64,000 nt of DNA from the IMG/VR virus record IMGVR_UViG_3300045988_133735, one strand, 5' to 3'. The stretch comes from a virus. The notes beneath the pieces are model-generated. The model saw only the letters and a program-made list of their open reading frames with translations, did no database searches and was not told the DNA's origin. The position numbers were made by a program, and so were the translations under genes. Shown piece by piece: positions 52,957 through 62,446 of the stretch. The first letter of the stretch is position 1; each line of letters opens with the position of its first letter.

Positions 52957-53157
52957 ATGCGGACATTTAAGGAAGTTGAAGTAGGAAGCCGATTCTTTGA
53001 TTCATCGGACTACTATGCGACTTTGTATATCAAAATACCTCCTATTAAGGACAATTTTGGATTTGAATTCAATGCGCTATATGACGTGTATGTTGATGAA
53101 GCCCATCCGAATGTAAAACGTCCGGCATTTTTCAGACCAGACGATCCAGTAAAGTAA
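52957..53157 (+). CDS. hypothetical protein
   Basis: 66 aa with a GGAGG RBS. Confidence 0.45.
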   Translation: MRTFKEVEVGSRFFDSSDYYATLYIKIPPIKDNFGFEFNALYDVYVDEAHPNVKRPAFFRPDDPVK

Positions 53158-53172
53158 AGGAGAGAATTTAAA

Positions 53173-54651
53173 ATGATCAATATTAACCCTATGCTGCTGT
53201 GCGATTTCTACAAGACGACTCATAGTAAGCAGTTCCCGGCTGGCACTACTAAGCTTGTTAGTTATTTCACTCCGCGCATGAGCCGTCTGGATGGCGTGGA
53301 TGAAGTCGTTGTGTTTGGTGTTCAGGCGTTCTGCAAGAATTATCTGCAGAATTATTTTAAACGTTGGTTTTTTGATTTCCCAAAGGAGTGGGTTGTCTCA
53401 AATTATCAGCGTGTCCTGGACGCAACCATTGGCAAGGACGCTTATGATATCGATAAGATTGCTGCCCTGCATGACCTGGGCTATCTTCCTGTCGAGATCA
53501 AGGCGCTGCCAGAAGGCACTCGTTGCCCCATCCATGTGCCGTTCCTTGAGATGAGCAATACACATCCTGATTTCGCATGGGTTCCGCAGTTCCTCGAATC
53601 TTTTATGAGTTCTGAGCTGTGGCATCCGATGATTTCTGCAACGGTCGGAACTCTGTATCGCGATATCGTGGACAAGTATTACGATGAAACCGTGGATGAT
53701 GGCGTACCGCATGCTCGTGCTCTAGGCGATTTCAGTTTCCGTGGTCAGGAGTGTATGCAGTCGGCAGTTAAGTCAAGCGCCGGTTGGTGTCTGAGTTTTC
53801 TGAATACGGCTACTGTCCCTGCGATTCCGTATCTGGAAGAAATGTATCGCTGCAATTGTGAAGAAGAGCCTGTTGCGTTTGGCGCTGTTAGCACCGAGCA
53901 TAGTGTGATGTGTTCTAACTTCGCTGTCGATGGTGACGAGATTACTTTCATCCGCCGGGCACTGACTGAGCTGTATCCCAATATGAGCTTCAGCATGGTA
54001 TCTGATTCCTACGACTATTGGAATCTAGTCGATAATATCCTGCCGCAGCTCAAGGATGAAATTATGGCGCACAACGGTACGATGCTGATTCGTGGCGACT
54101 CTGGTGATCCGGTCGAAATCGTCACGCAGACCGTCTATCATCTGTGGAATATCTTCGGTGGCACGGTCAACAGCAAGGGTTATAAGGTGCTCGACCCTCA
54201 TGTAAAGGCTCTGTATGGCGATTCCATCACTGTGCAGCGCTGTGAAAAGATTTATGCCGAACTCAAAGCACATGGTTTCGCCTGCAACAATGTCAGTCTT
54301 GGCGTTGGTTCGTTCTCCATGCAGTGCATCGAGCAGAATGGTCAGTTGAAGCCGTTTACTCGCGATACTTTTGGCATGGCAGTTAAGGCAACTTATGGCG
54401 TTGTCAATGGCAAGGAGATTCAGATCTTCAAAGATCCCAAGACTGATACCGACCACTTCAAGAAGAGTCTGAAGGGCATGTGTTATGTCACTAAGGATGA
54501 TTCTGGAAAGCTGGTTTGTACTGATGGTCTGATGGATCATGCTGCTCATTCGGATGGCAATCTGTTGCAGCCCGTATTCCGTAATGGCGTGATGGTCAAG
54601 GAATACAGTTTGAAGGAAGTTCGCGACCGGCTGTGGGAAGGAAAGTTCTAA
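53173..54651 (+). CDS. nadV: nicotinamide phosphoribosyltransferase family (NAMPT/NadV; or NARP1 Namat-like)
   Basis: 492 aa. The N-terminus NPMLLCDFYKTTHSKQFPAGTTKLVSYFTPR matches the NAMPT signature (compare LATDSYKVTHYKQYP..YSYFECR). Confidence 0.75.
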   Translation: MININPMLLCDFYKTTHSKQFPAGTTKLVSYFTPRMSRLDGVDEVVVFGVQAFCKNYLQNYFKRWFFDFPKEWVVSNYQRVLDATIGKDAYDIDKIAALHDLGYLPVEIKALPEGTRCPIHVPFLEMSNTHPDFAWVPQFLESFMSSELWHPMISATVGTLYRDIVDKYYDETVDDGVPHARALGDFSFRGQECMQSAVKSSAGWCLSFLNTATVPAIPYLEEMYRCNCEEEPVAFGAVSTEHSVMCSNFAVDGDEITFIRRALTELYPNMSFSMVSDSYDYWNLVDNILPQLKDEIMAHNGTMLIRGDSGDPVEIVTQTVYHLWNIFGGTVNSKGYKVLDPHVKALYGDSITVQRCEKIYAELKAHGFACNNVSLGVGSFSMQCIEQNGQLKPFTRDTFGMAVKATYGVVNGKEIQIFKDPKTDTDHFKKSLKGMCYVTKDDSGKLVCTDGLMDHAAHSDGNLLQPVFRNGVMVKEYSLKEVRDRLWEGKF

Positions 54652-54884
54652 TGAGTGGTTCAAGAACGTGGATGGGCGAACCAGAGCTATTATACTTCAT
54701 TGTTGATGGCAAAGCAGTTGCGTGTGAGTATCGAAATGAAGCTAGAAAGCTTATTCAAAATGGATTTTTCAGGAAATATGGGTATGGCAATGTTATAGTT
54801 GTGAATCCTACTTTTGAAAAATTCAATCTAAATAGTCCGAGAGCAGCACAGTATTTTGCAATTAAAAATTTAGATAAGAGGTGA
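54651..54884 (+). CDS. hypothetical protein
   Basis: The start is taken at MSGSRTW (TAATG overlap). Confidence 0.45.
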   Translation: MSGSRTWMGEPELLYFIVDGKAVACEYRNEARKLIQNGFFRKYGYGNVIVVNPTFEKFNLNSPRAAQYFAIKNLDKR

Positions 54885-54888
54885 GTTC

Positions 54889-55362
54889 ATGGCCATAATT
54901 ATCAAAGAGGGCAACGTATTTGATTCCGATGCCGACATTATTTGCCATCAGGTGAATTGTCAGGGTGTAATGGGGTCAGGTGTTGCTAAAGAAGTTCGCG
55001 AGCGTTATCCAGATGTATATGCTCAGTATAAGTATCTATGTGATATAAATAAGGATTATTCTGCAGGATTACTTGGAAAGGCACAAATCATTTCGGCTGA
55101 CAACGCATTTTCTCGATACATCGCTAATTGTTTCGGTCAGGATAAATACGGTTATGATGGTGCTCAGTATACTTCAGTTGGTGCATTGATGGAAGCTTTT
55201 GTCTATGTAGCGGAGATTGCACGAAAGAATCACTTAAAGGTCGCTATGCCGTATAAAATCGGTTGCGTTCGTGGTGGTGCTGACTGGGAGACCGTCAAGA
55301 AGATCATTGATGTTACATTTCAAGACGTAGATGTAGAACTGTGGAAACTGGAGGGTAAATAA
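54889..55362 (+). CDS. macro domain protein (ADP-ribose binding/hydrolase)
   Basis: 157 aa with GNVFDSDADIICHQVNCQGVMGSGVAKEV, a typical macro-domain N-terminal pattern. Confidence 0.6.
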   Translation: MAIIIKEGNVFDSDADIICHQVNCQGVMGSGVAKEVRERYPDVYAQYKYLCDINKDYSAGLLGKAQIISADNAFSRYIANCFGQDKYGYDGAQYTSVGALMEAFVYVAEIARKNHLKVAMPYKIGCVRGGADWETVKKIIDVTFQDVDVELWKLEGK

Positions 55363-55363
55363 T

Positions 55364-56128
55364 ATGCGTAAGTATGAATTTGATGCAGCAAAGACAAAGG
55401 ATGAAATCATTACGTGGATTCGGAATTATTTCCGAAAGAATGGCCCTGATTGCAATGCTGTGATTGGTATTTCTGGCGGCAAGGATTCAAGTATCGTCGC
55501 TGCTCTGTGCTGCGAGGCGCTTGGCAATGGCCGCGTGATCGGAGTTCTGATGCCGCAGGGTGTACAGGAAGATATCGATGTGGCGCGGGAACTGGTTGCT
55601 CATCTAGGGATCAAGTCCTTCGAGATCAATATCGCCGAGACTGTGAATACGCTGTTAGCCAATGGACGGGCAGCGGGGCTGTGTGATTCAAAGCAGGCTC
55701 GTGTAAATCTGCCGGCACGAATCCGTATGGCAACCCTGTTCATGGTGTCTCAGAGTACGAATGGGCGAGTGGCTAACACTTGCAACGCTTCAGAAAATTT
55801 CGTCGGGTGGCAAACTGTGGGAGGGGATGGATTTGGCCAGTTCAGTCCTCTTAGTAAGCTGACTGTTACTGAGGTAAAATCCGTTGGTCGTGAGTTGGGT
55901 CTTCCTGAAAAGTTCATCGAGAAAGCACCTGCAGATGGGCTGACTGGCAAAACCGATGAAGATAATTTCGGGTTTACTTATGAATTCCTTGACAAATATA
56001 TCCGCACTGGTGAGTTTGGTGGCGATACCGCAACTGCAGCTAAGATCGATCGGATGCATGAGGCGAATTTGTTTAAGGATTTGCCGATGCCTACGTATGA
56101 CCCATCCTTGTTTAATTGGTGGGGCTAA
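55364..56128 (+). CDS. nadE: NH3-dependent NAD+ synthetase
   Basis: 254 aa with the PP-loop GISGGKDSS. Size and context fit NadE. Confidence 0.7.
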   Translation: MRKYEFDAAKTKDEIITWIRNYFRKNGPDCNAVIGISGGKDSSIVAALCCEALGNGRVIGVLMPQGVQEDIDVARELVAHLGIKSFEINIAETVNTLLANGRAAGLCDSKQARVNLPARIRMATLFMVSQSTNGRVANTCNASENFVGWQTVGGDGFGQFSPLSKLTVTEVKSVGRELGLPEKFIEKAPADGLTGKTDEDNFGFTYEFLDKYIRTGEFGGDTATAAKIDRMHEANLFKDLPMPTYDPSLFNWWG

Positions 56129-56535
56129 TGATTTGGATCGTACTGTTTTTAAGTATGATATGGCTTCATATTTATGACGATTATCATACACAAGGGATTC
56201 TGGCGCAATTCAAACAGAAGAAATGGTGGAAAGAAAATTATCCACAGGATCTGTACAAACACGATTGGAGGATTGCTCTATACGAACATGCTTTTCAATG
56301 GTCGTTCACCACGATGCTCCCGCTGCTTGTGTATTCTATGTGGGCATGGAAAGAAACAGGTTTATATCATGGTTTGATATGGTGGACTGGATTGCTTGTC
56401 ATAAATACAAAGGTTCATGCTGAAATAGACAATGAAAAAGCAAATAATCTGACGATCAGTTTGTTTATAGATCAGATTCTTCACATTCTTCAGATCGGAT
56501 TTACGATTATACTTTTTATGATTGGAGTGAATTAA
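56128..56535 (+). CDS. membrane protein (DUF3307-like?)
   Basis: The start is taken at MIWIVLFL (TAATG overlap). Four hydrophobic segments. Contains HIYDDYHTQG. Confidence 0.45.
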   Translation: MIWIVLFLSMIWLHIYDDYHTQGILAQFKQKKWWKENYPQDLYKHDWRIALYEHAFQWSFTTMLPLLVYSMWAWKETGLYHGLIWWTGLLVINTKVHAEIDNEKANNLTISLFIDQILHILQIGFTIILFMIGVN

Positions 56536-57108
56536 ATGGAAAAGACAAAGGTTGATGTCTTGATTGTTGTCGATATGCAGAACGATTTTGTTACTGGCGC
56601 TCTTGGCACTCCTGAAGCTCAGGCCATTGTGCCAAAGGTCGTGGAGAAGATCAAGAACTGGAATGGTCCGGTATTCTACACGATGGACACTCATGATGAA
56701 GACTATCTTAATACTCAGGAGGGCAAACATCTTCCCATTATTCATTGCGTTGAAGGAACAGACGGATGGAAGTTGATAAACGAAATCGGAGATGGTTTTG
56801 TCACAGACTACGATCAAATCTATCATAAGAAAACGTTTGGTAGTTATGAGTTGTTCATTGATGCAACGTTAGACGATAATCAAAAAATCTATCAGACGTT
56901 GTTTCCTGGGAATGTTAATTCCATCACTTTGATTGGGCTTTGCACAGATATTTGCGTGATTACAAATGCGTTGCTTTTGAAAACGGCAAAGCCTGAAGTT
57001 CCTATCATTGTGGATGCAAGCTGCTGTGCCGGTGTTACTCCTGAGTCTCATAAGAACGCACTAGCTGCCATGAAGATGTGCCAGATTGAGATTGTCAACG
57101 AGGGATAA
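56536..57108 (+). CDS. pncA: nicotinamidase / isochorismatase-family hydrolase
   Basis: 190 aa with VLIVVDMQNDFV and the catalytic Cys context GLCTDICV. Confidence 0.75.
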   Translation: MEKTKVDVLIVVDMQNDFVTGALGTPEAQAIVPKVVEKIKNWNGPVFYTMDTHDEDYLNTQEGKHLPIIHCVEGTDGWKLINEIGDGFVTDYDQIYHKKTFGSYELFIDATLDDNQKIYQTLFPGNVNSITLIGLCTDICVITNALLLKTAKPEVPIIVDASCCAGVTPESHKNALAAMKMCQIEIVNEG

Positions 57109-57109
57109 A

Positions 57110-57298
57110 ATGCACTACGTTAATGGAGATATTATTTTGAGTGCTGATGGAGCGGAACGGCTCCAGTATCTTTTAAGTCATCCAAACCCAGAGGAAGTAC
57201 AAAAGAAATTAAAGGCATGTATAGAAGATCTCGCTAAAATGAACTATCGAGAGAATGAGGATGGCACTGCTTCTTTTGATATTGATATTGAGGTGTAA
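57110..57298 (+). CDS. hypothetical protein
   Basis: The start is taken at MHYVNGD. Confidence 0.45.
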   Translation: MHYVNGDIILSADGAERLQYLLSHPNPEEVQKKLKACIEDLAKMNYRENEDGTASFDIDIEV

Positions 57299-57334
57299 TC
57301 AATGGAAGAAATTATGATTTTCGGTTAATTCACA

Positions 57335-57377
57335 GCGGATGCCAGGTGAGTAGCGGTACTGGGGCAGACATAACCGC
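57335..57377 (+). promoter_or_regulatory. conserved 5'UTR element copy C (hairpin GCGG-TACTGGGGCAGACATAA-CCGC)
   Basis: Third copy of the element. It lies 34 nt upstream of the GTG start at 57411. Confidence 0.5.
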
Positions 57378-57410
57378 CGCCAGAATAAAATTGTAAAGGA
57401 GAATTGAATT

Positions 57411-57824
57411 GTGTGGACTCTTATTCAAACTGAATCCCACGGTGGATATAACAGAATTGGATATATTGACGGACATAATCCAGAATATGGGACTGTCATG
57501 GCAATGTATCGCGTCAACAATTATGGTGAACTCGACTTCTATTACCAGTACGAAATGAATGATGATGTTGTGGCGAGTTTTGAATACTGGGCAAAAAGAG
57601 TTATTGGTGAACTCCGAACTAAAAAAGATACAGTCACGAAATGTGCGGATTGTTGTTATCTTGGAGATAAATACAGTTTTCCACTTCCTAATGACAAGAT
57701 TGATGTCGATGATAAAAATCCGTTTCTAAAGCATTATTATTGCTGTTGCGGAGATTCTGAAAGATACGAGAAAGATGTTACGAGTGAGATTGTATCTGAC
57801 TGTGACTGTTTTGAGGGGATTTGA
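57411..57824 (+). CDS. Cys-rich hypothetical protein
   Basis: 137 aa with a GTG start after AAAGGAG. Contains CADCCY..YYCCCGD..DCDC. Confidence 0.5.
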   Translation: MWTLIQTESHGGYNRIGYIDGHNPEYGTVMAMYRVNNYGELDFYYQYEMNDDVVASFEYWAKRVIGELRTKKDTVTKCADCCYLGDKYSFPLPNDKIDVDDKNPFLKHYYCCCGDSERYEKDVTSEIVSDCDCFEGI

Positions 57825-57826
57825 TT

Positions 57827-58090
57827 ATGTTTGTAATTGATGAAACGACTCCAAAGATTGCAATTCCTGACGGATATTTTGTGTGTCTACCAACTGGAGC
57901 CACGGACGATTATCCGGGTCTTGGCATCTTTTTCTCTAAAGACGGAAAAACAGTTGATTGGAATGACTTGATTTCAATCACTGAATACAATTCTGTATTT
58001 AAAAATATCCAAACGGTTGGCTTTCAGCAGGGGCAGGAAAACTATGTCGCTGCTATTCGTTTTGAAGACGGAAACATTATTGAAGAATGA
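57827..58090 (+). CDS. hypothetical protein
   Basis: The start is taken at MFVIDE. Confidence 0.5.
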   Translation: MFVIDETTPKIAIPDGYFVCLPTGATDDYPGLGIFFSKDGKTVDWNDLISITEYNSVFKNIQTVGFQQGQENYVAAIRFEDGNIIEE

Positions 58091-58101
58091 GGTAGAGCAA
58101 A

Positions 58102-58650
58102 ATGAACGCGGAAAACATTAAGAATGAAGCATATCAGCTGATTGATAAATATTTCATGCCAGCTAAAGCAATTATCGTAAAGGATTTTCTTAATACATAC
58201 GGATTCTGGGACGCTCCAGCTTCTACCAAATATCACGGCAATTACCCGGGCGGCTTAGCTGAACACAGTCTAGCCGTTGCAAAAAATCTTCTGATGTTAA
58301 CGGAGAAGCTTGGTTTGAAGTGGGATAATCCCGGGTCTCCATTTGTTGTTGGTCTCCTTCATGATGTTTGTAAGATGGATCAATACAAGCTGATTAGCAC
58401 AGAAAATGGTTATCAGTACGTTTATACAAATGATTCAATCTACAGTCATCACGGTGAAAAATCTATTTGTATGTTGGCGAATTGTGTTACCTTGACCCAA
58501 GAGGAGATCGCTTGTATTCGCTGGCATATGGGCGCATATGAGACCGATACAAACGAGTGGAAATATTATGGCAACGCCATTGCAAAATATCCAAACGTGC
58601 TCTGGACGCACACGGCGGACATGATGGCAAGTCATATCGAAGGAGTGTAA
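58102..58650 (+). CDS. HD-domain phosphohydrolase
   Basis: 182 aa with GGLAEHSLAVA and LLHDVCK (H...HD). Confidence 0.6.
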   Translation: MNAENIKNEAYQLIDKYFMPAKAIIVKDFLNTYGFWDAPASTKYHGNYPGGLAEHSLAVAKNLLMLTEKLGLKWDNPGSPFVVGLLHDVCKMDQYKLISTENGYQYVYTNDSIYSHHGEKSICMLANCVTLTQEEIACIRWHMGAYETDTNEWKYYGNAIAKYPNVLWTHTADMMASHIEGV

Positions 58651-58652
58651 AT

Positions 58653-58901
58653 ATGCTTGCATATGGAGAACTTAGCTGTCAAAGATGTGGAACTACGTGG
58701 TATGGGCCCAAATGTGGAATAAAATATTGCAAAGAGTGTCGACGAATTGTCAATAGAGAAAAGGTCGCTCGTTGTAATCAGAAAAAGCGGGCAGAAAAAG
58801 AATCCAAAGACAAAACTCGTGAAGCATTTCTGGATATTGTAAGAAAGGCCGACGCAGAAGGATTGTCTTATGGTCACTATTGTTTAAAGCATGGAATTTG
58901 A
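58653..58901 (+). CDS. Zn-ribbon protein
   Basis: The start is taken at MLAYGELSCQRCG...YCKEC. Confidence 0.45.
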   Translation: MLAYGELSCQRCGTTWYGPKCGIKYCKECRRIVNREKVARCNQKKRAEKESKDKTREAFLDIVRKADAEGLSYGHYCLKHGI

Positions 58902-58909
58902 GGTGTAGT

Positions 58910-59080
58910 ATGAAATATACGGTATATGCTTCTGCAATTAGATACTATGAGACTGTCATTGAGGCAGACTCAAAAGAAGAAGCGGAAAGAATCGCAAAAA
59001 TCATGTATAACGAGAATGAAATGAATGATTATGAAGACGAATTGGTGTCGATCGAAGTTGAGGGAGAAAATGATGAATGA
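58910..59080 (+). CDS. small hypothetical protein
   Basis: The start is taken at MKYTVYAS, after GAGGTG. Confidence 0.4.
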   Translation: MKYTVYASAIRYYETVIEADSKEEAERIAKIMYNENEMNDYEDELVSIEVEGENDE

Positions 59081-59225
59081 CATTAATGATTTATATGATG
59101 TGATTCAGTCTGGACTAGCTCTTGCTGGACTGTCGATTATAGATTTCGATAAAGATGGAATGATTGTTCGCGATAAAATCAAGGACAATGATTATCGAAT
59201 CAAAATTACAGAGGAGGTTAACTGA
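59070..59225 (+). CDS. small hypothetical protein
   Basis: The start is taken at MMNDINDLYD, after GAGGGAG. Confidence 0.4.
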   Translation: MMNDINDLYDVIQSGLALAGLSIIDFDKDGMIVRDKIKDNDYRIKITEEVN

Positions 59226-59557
59226 TGAAGGTAAAAAGTACGACGGCAGATATTACATACGAAATGACCGAAGATCAAATCGAGGCAGCATATCGGTATC
59301 AGGAATTCAAATATCGAGTTGAGGACGCAAAGGGCCACATTTACGACATGTTCAATTCATGCGATTGCGACGAAAAGGCGTTCAAAGAAGAGTATGGCGT
59401 TACTTACAGTGAAATTCTGGATTGCGCAGAAAATGTTGCGGAGCAGTTTTTAGACGATTATGATTGCAACATTCCAGAAAACGATGAGTTTGATTTTATC
59501 ATCTGGGACAACATGCGACAGCTTCGTGAGGCAAAAAAGGCTGTTGATGTCAAGTAA
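59225..59557 (+). CDS. hypothetical acidic protein
   Basis: 110 aa with ATGA coupling. Confidence 0.5.
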   Translation: MKVKSTTADITYEMTEDQIEAAYRYQEFKYRVEDAKGHIYDMFNSCDCDEKAFKEEYGVTYSEILDCAENVAEQFLDDYDCNIPENDEFDFIIWDNMRQLREAKKAVDVK

Positions 59558-59861
59558 ATGGAGAAATGTGCGACTTTCAGAGATTCAAGATCGACGAGTA
59601 AAACTTACAAGTGAAAAGAAAAAGGAAATTCTGCGCAAATATCAAACTGGTGGATGTTCGCTTAGAAGTTTGGCTAGAGAATACAATGTGAGTCATAAAA
59701 CAATCGCACTGATTGTGAATCCAGAAACAAAAGCAAAAAACGATCAATACATAAAGGACCACTGGATGTTTTACGCTCTTGATTCAGAATCTCAACGGGT
59801 GGCACATCGACGTACAGAAGAATATAAAAAACGATTATATCAAAAAGGAGAATTAAAGTAA
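59547..59861 (+). CDS. helix-turn-helix DNA-binding protein
   Basis: The start is taken at MSSKWRN. Contains GCSLRSLAREYNVSHKTIALIV (HTH-like). Confidence 0.45.
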   Translation: MSSKWRNVRLSEIQDRRVKLTSEKKKEILRKYQTGGCSLRSLAREYNVSHKTIALIVNPETKAKNDQYIKDHWMFYALDSESQRVAHRRTEEYKKRLYQKGELK

Positions 59862-60445
59862 TGGGACAGAGATTAGTTATCACGATTCATGCTTTTGATG
59901 AAGATATCGCTAAGATCTATTATCATTGGTCTGCATATACCACAAGTGCCCTTCAGGAGACAAAAGACATCATCGATAACGTGGATTGGTTTAATTCTAC
60001 TAGCAAGGACGAACTTATTCTTCGTATTACAAGACAGCTTGAGAAATGCGGTGGTGGAGTGAGTATTCGCGACAGAGAAGTGTTCAAGAAAAAATATCCA
60101 AATGAAACATTTAAGGATAATATCAACAGAAATTATGGTTTGATTGCAATCACGGACGACGGTATGGAAGAATTGGAGCACTGGTCGCAAGGTGATCTAA
60201 CAATCGATTTCGATACGGAAAAAGTTTACAATGATGTAATGTTTACATATGAATCTGATGAAGAATTTAAGCAAGATAGATTGGATGCTGGATTTAAAGA
60301 TGACGATATTGATGTGAAAAACATCAAGCAGCTTTTATTTGATCCGACTGAAGTGTATTTCTTTGCGCTCGATTCAGCAATTGAGACGTTGGATGGTTTA
60401 CAGTTCTGTCGCTATTTTGATCAGATTTATGAGTTGATTATTTGA
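59861..60445 (+). CDS. hypothetical protein
   Basis: 194 aa with TAATG coupling. Confidence 0.55.
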   Translation: MGQRLVITIHAFDEDIAKIYYHWSAYTTSALQETKDIIDNVDWFNSTSKDELILRITRQLEKCGGGVSIRDREVFKKKYPNETFKDNINRNYGLIAITDDGMEELEHWSQGDLTIDFDTEKVYNDVMFTYESDEEFKQDRLDAGFKDDDIDVKNIKQLLFDPTEVYFFALDSAIETLDGLQFCRYFDQIYELII

Positions 60446-60453
60446 GGTGAATT

Positions 60454-61293
60454 ATGACACACGAATGGGTGGAACAGAAGAATAAAGAATATCATGAACA
60501 GTTTAAAGATTATCCACAGGCATTGGTAGATGAATGGAATCGAATTCCTGAATGGGCTAAGAACACCATTGATCGTCGTGTTGTTGATGTCGAGATAAAA
60601 CTGTTTGAGGCGCTTGCAAAGCTTAACGAGGAACCAGACAGTTTCGATGTACATAGATTGGTCGCAGAAACGGATAGTGGTTCTTTTTTTGTGAAATGGT
60701 ATATTAATCATGATATCGAAAGTGGCGCAGATCCAGATGAAGCGCTGAAGAAAATCTCGAAGGAATTTGAAAAACTGCGAGATATGGCAGAAAAATATGA
60801 AGAATTCTTAGAGTATAAAGATCGTTATCTTGAAGCAGAAGATCGTATTATGGAGTTTGATGGGGATATTATCATTACAGATCCATGTTATCTGTCTCAT
60901 AATATGTCAAATGACGAGCGGAGAAAATTTGAATGTTGCGATATCAGCAGTCATGGCATCATTGGGATAGAGTCCAATACTTACTACGGTGATTGGGGTT
61001 GTACTACATTCGTGCCAGAAACGAAGGTTAAACTGGGCGAATTCTGCGCAGATGCCGGTATGGTATGTGCAGCTGATTTGGTCTCCGTCTTAAAGTTTAA
61101 TCCAAAATACAATGATCATCTTGAAAAGCCTTGGTGTGCAACTTGGATCAAAAATTTCAAAGGTGTTGTTCGTATCGCCATTGATGAAAACAAAGAGCGC
61201 TGGCCAGCTTATATCGTTCATGTGGTAGGGCATGGTGTCAATAAAGAAACAGGAGAGACGATCGAATTTGATACGGTGCAAACAGGGTTATGA
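60454..61293 (+). CDS. hypothetical protein
   Basis: 279 aa with a GAGGTG RBS. Confidence 0.55.
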   Translation: MTHEWVEQKNKEYHEQFKDYPQALVDEWNRIPEWAKNTIDRRVVDVEIKLFEALAKLNEEPDSFDVHRLVAETDSGSFFVKWYINHDIESGADPDEALKKISKEFEKLRDMAEKYEEFLEYKDRYLEAEDRIMEFDGDIIITDPCYLSHNMSNDERRKFECCDISSHGIIGIESNTYYGDWGCTTFVPETKVKLGEFCADAGMVCAADLVSVLKFNPKYNDHLEKPWCATWIKNFKGVVRIAIDENKERWPAYIVHVVGHGVNKETGETIEFDTVQTGL

Positions 61294-61419
61294 TGAACTA
61301 TATTTTGTTATTTCAATTTATTGATTTTTGCCTTGATTGGGCATGGTTAATTGTTCCGATATGGGCATTTTGTTTTATTGCTGTGATGTTAATAATCTAA
61401 AGCGTAAAGAGGTGGTAAA

Positions 61420-62223
61420 ATGACACGAGAAGAATTACAACGCATCATTGATAGCGAACCCTATGATTTTCTACGTACTGATCCTCACCTTGGCAAGCAT
61501 TTGATGTTTCTGACCATTGGCGGCAGCCATGCTTATGGAACGAATGTAGCAGGATCAGATGTTGATATTCGCGGTGTCGCTTTGAACTCCAAAGAGGATC
61601 TACTCGGGTTGGGTGAGTTTGAACATCGTGTAGATACGATGACGGATACAACGGTATTTAGCTTCAACAAGGCTGCGAAGTTATTGTGTAGCGGGAATCC
61701 AAACATGCTGGAACAGTTTGGTAATCCAGACGAGCTTGTTATCACTTACAGCCCGACCGCAAAGCTGTTGTTCGATAATAAGAATTTGTTTCTATCAAAG
61801 CGTGTGATTTATTCATTTGGTGGATTTGCAGGGAAGTTAATTAAAGAAGCAGATGCTAAATGGCGTGCGTACCTGTATGAAGTTGAAGTATCTGGCGTGA
61901 ATCCAAATGTTAAACCGTATATTCCATGTGGAGAAAAACGTTTCAATAAGATCGTAATGAATGTGATTCGCTTATATCATATGTTGTTTGACATCTTAGA
62001 AAAAGGTGAGATCAACACTTATCGTGGGGCTGAGCACGATATTTTGATGCAGATTCGAAACGGGGACTACGACTACGAAGAGTTGCGCAAGCATACGATT
62101 CCTATTTATGAGGCAAGACTGCAGGCAGACAAGAAAGAAACAGAGCTGCCTGACCGAGTTGATATGAAACAGGTCAATGAGTTAGCCGTGACTATCAATG
62201 AGCAGGCGCTAAAGGTGGTGTAA
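61420..62223 (+). CDS. nucleotidyltransferase (pol-beta superfamily)
   Basis: 267 aa with the GS-x9-SD-x-D pattern GGSHAYGTNVAGSDVDIRG. Confidence 0.6.
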   Translation: MTREELQRIIDSEPYDFLRTDPHLGKHLMFLTIGGSHAYGTNVAGSDVDIRGVALNSKEDLLGLGEFEHRVDTMTDTTVFSFNKAAKLLCSGNPNMLEQFGNPDELVITYSPTAKLLFDNKNLFLSKRVIYSFGGFAGKLIKEADAKWRAYLYEVEVSGVNPNVKPYIPCGEKRFNKIVMNVIRLYHMLFDILEKGEINTYRGAEHDILMQIRNGDYDYEELRKHTIPIYEARLQADKKETELPDRVDMKQVNELAVTINEQALKVV

Positions 62224-62224
62224 A

Positions 62225-62371
62225 ATGAAAATTGAAGACTATTCGCCAGATGAATTGGCTGAAATTTTTAAGGAAGAATTAGATCGTCTTGGCATCCCAT
62301 ATCATTATGATCTGGACGTGGAATCGAAATTTGAACCCTTAATGCCTGATGAGCCGGTTTTGAAAGTGTAA
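62225..62371 (+). CDS. small acidic hypothetical protein (48 aa)
   Basis: The ATG lies 1 nt after the upstream stop. Read by eye, below the ORF-track cutoff. Confidence 0.3.
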   Translation: MKIEDYSPDELAEIFKEELDRLGIPYHYDLDVESKFEPLMPDEPVLKV

Positions 62372-62446
62372 TTTATTGTACTATTAGGATGATATAATTA
62401 TAAGGAAGGAGTGCGCCCTCTTAAAGTGAGGGTGTAAAAATTGAAT

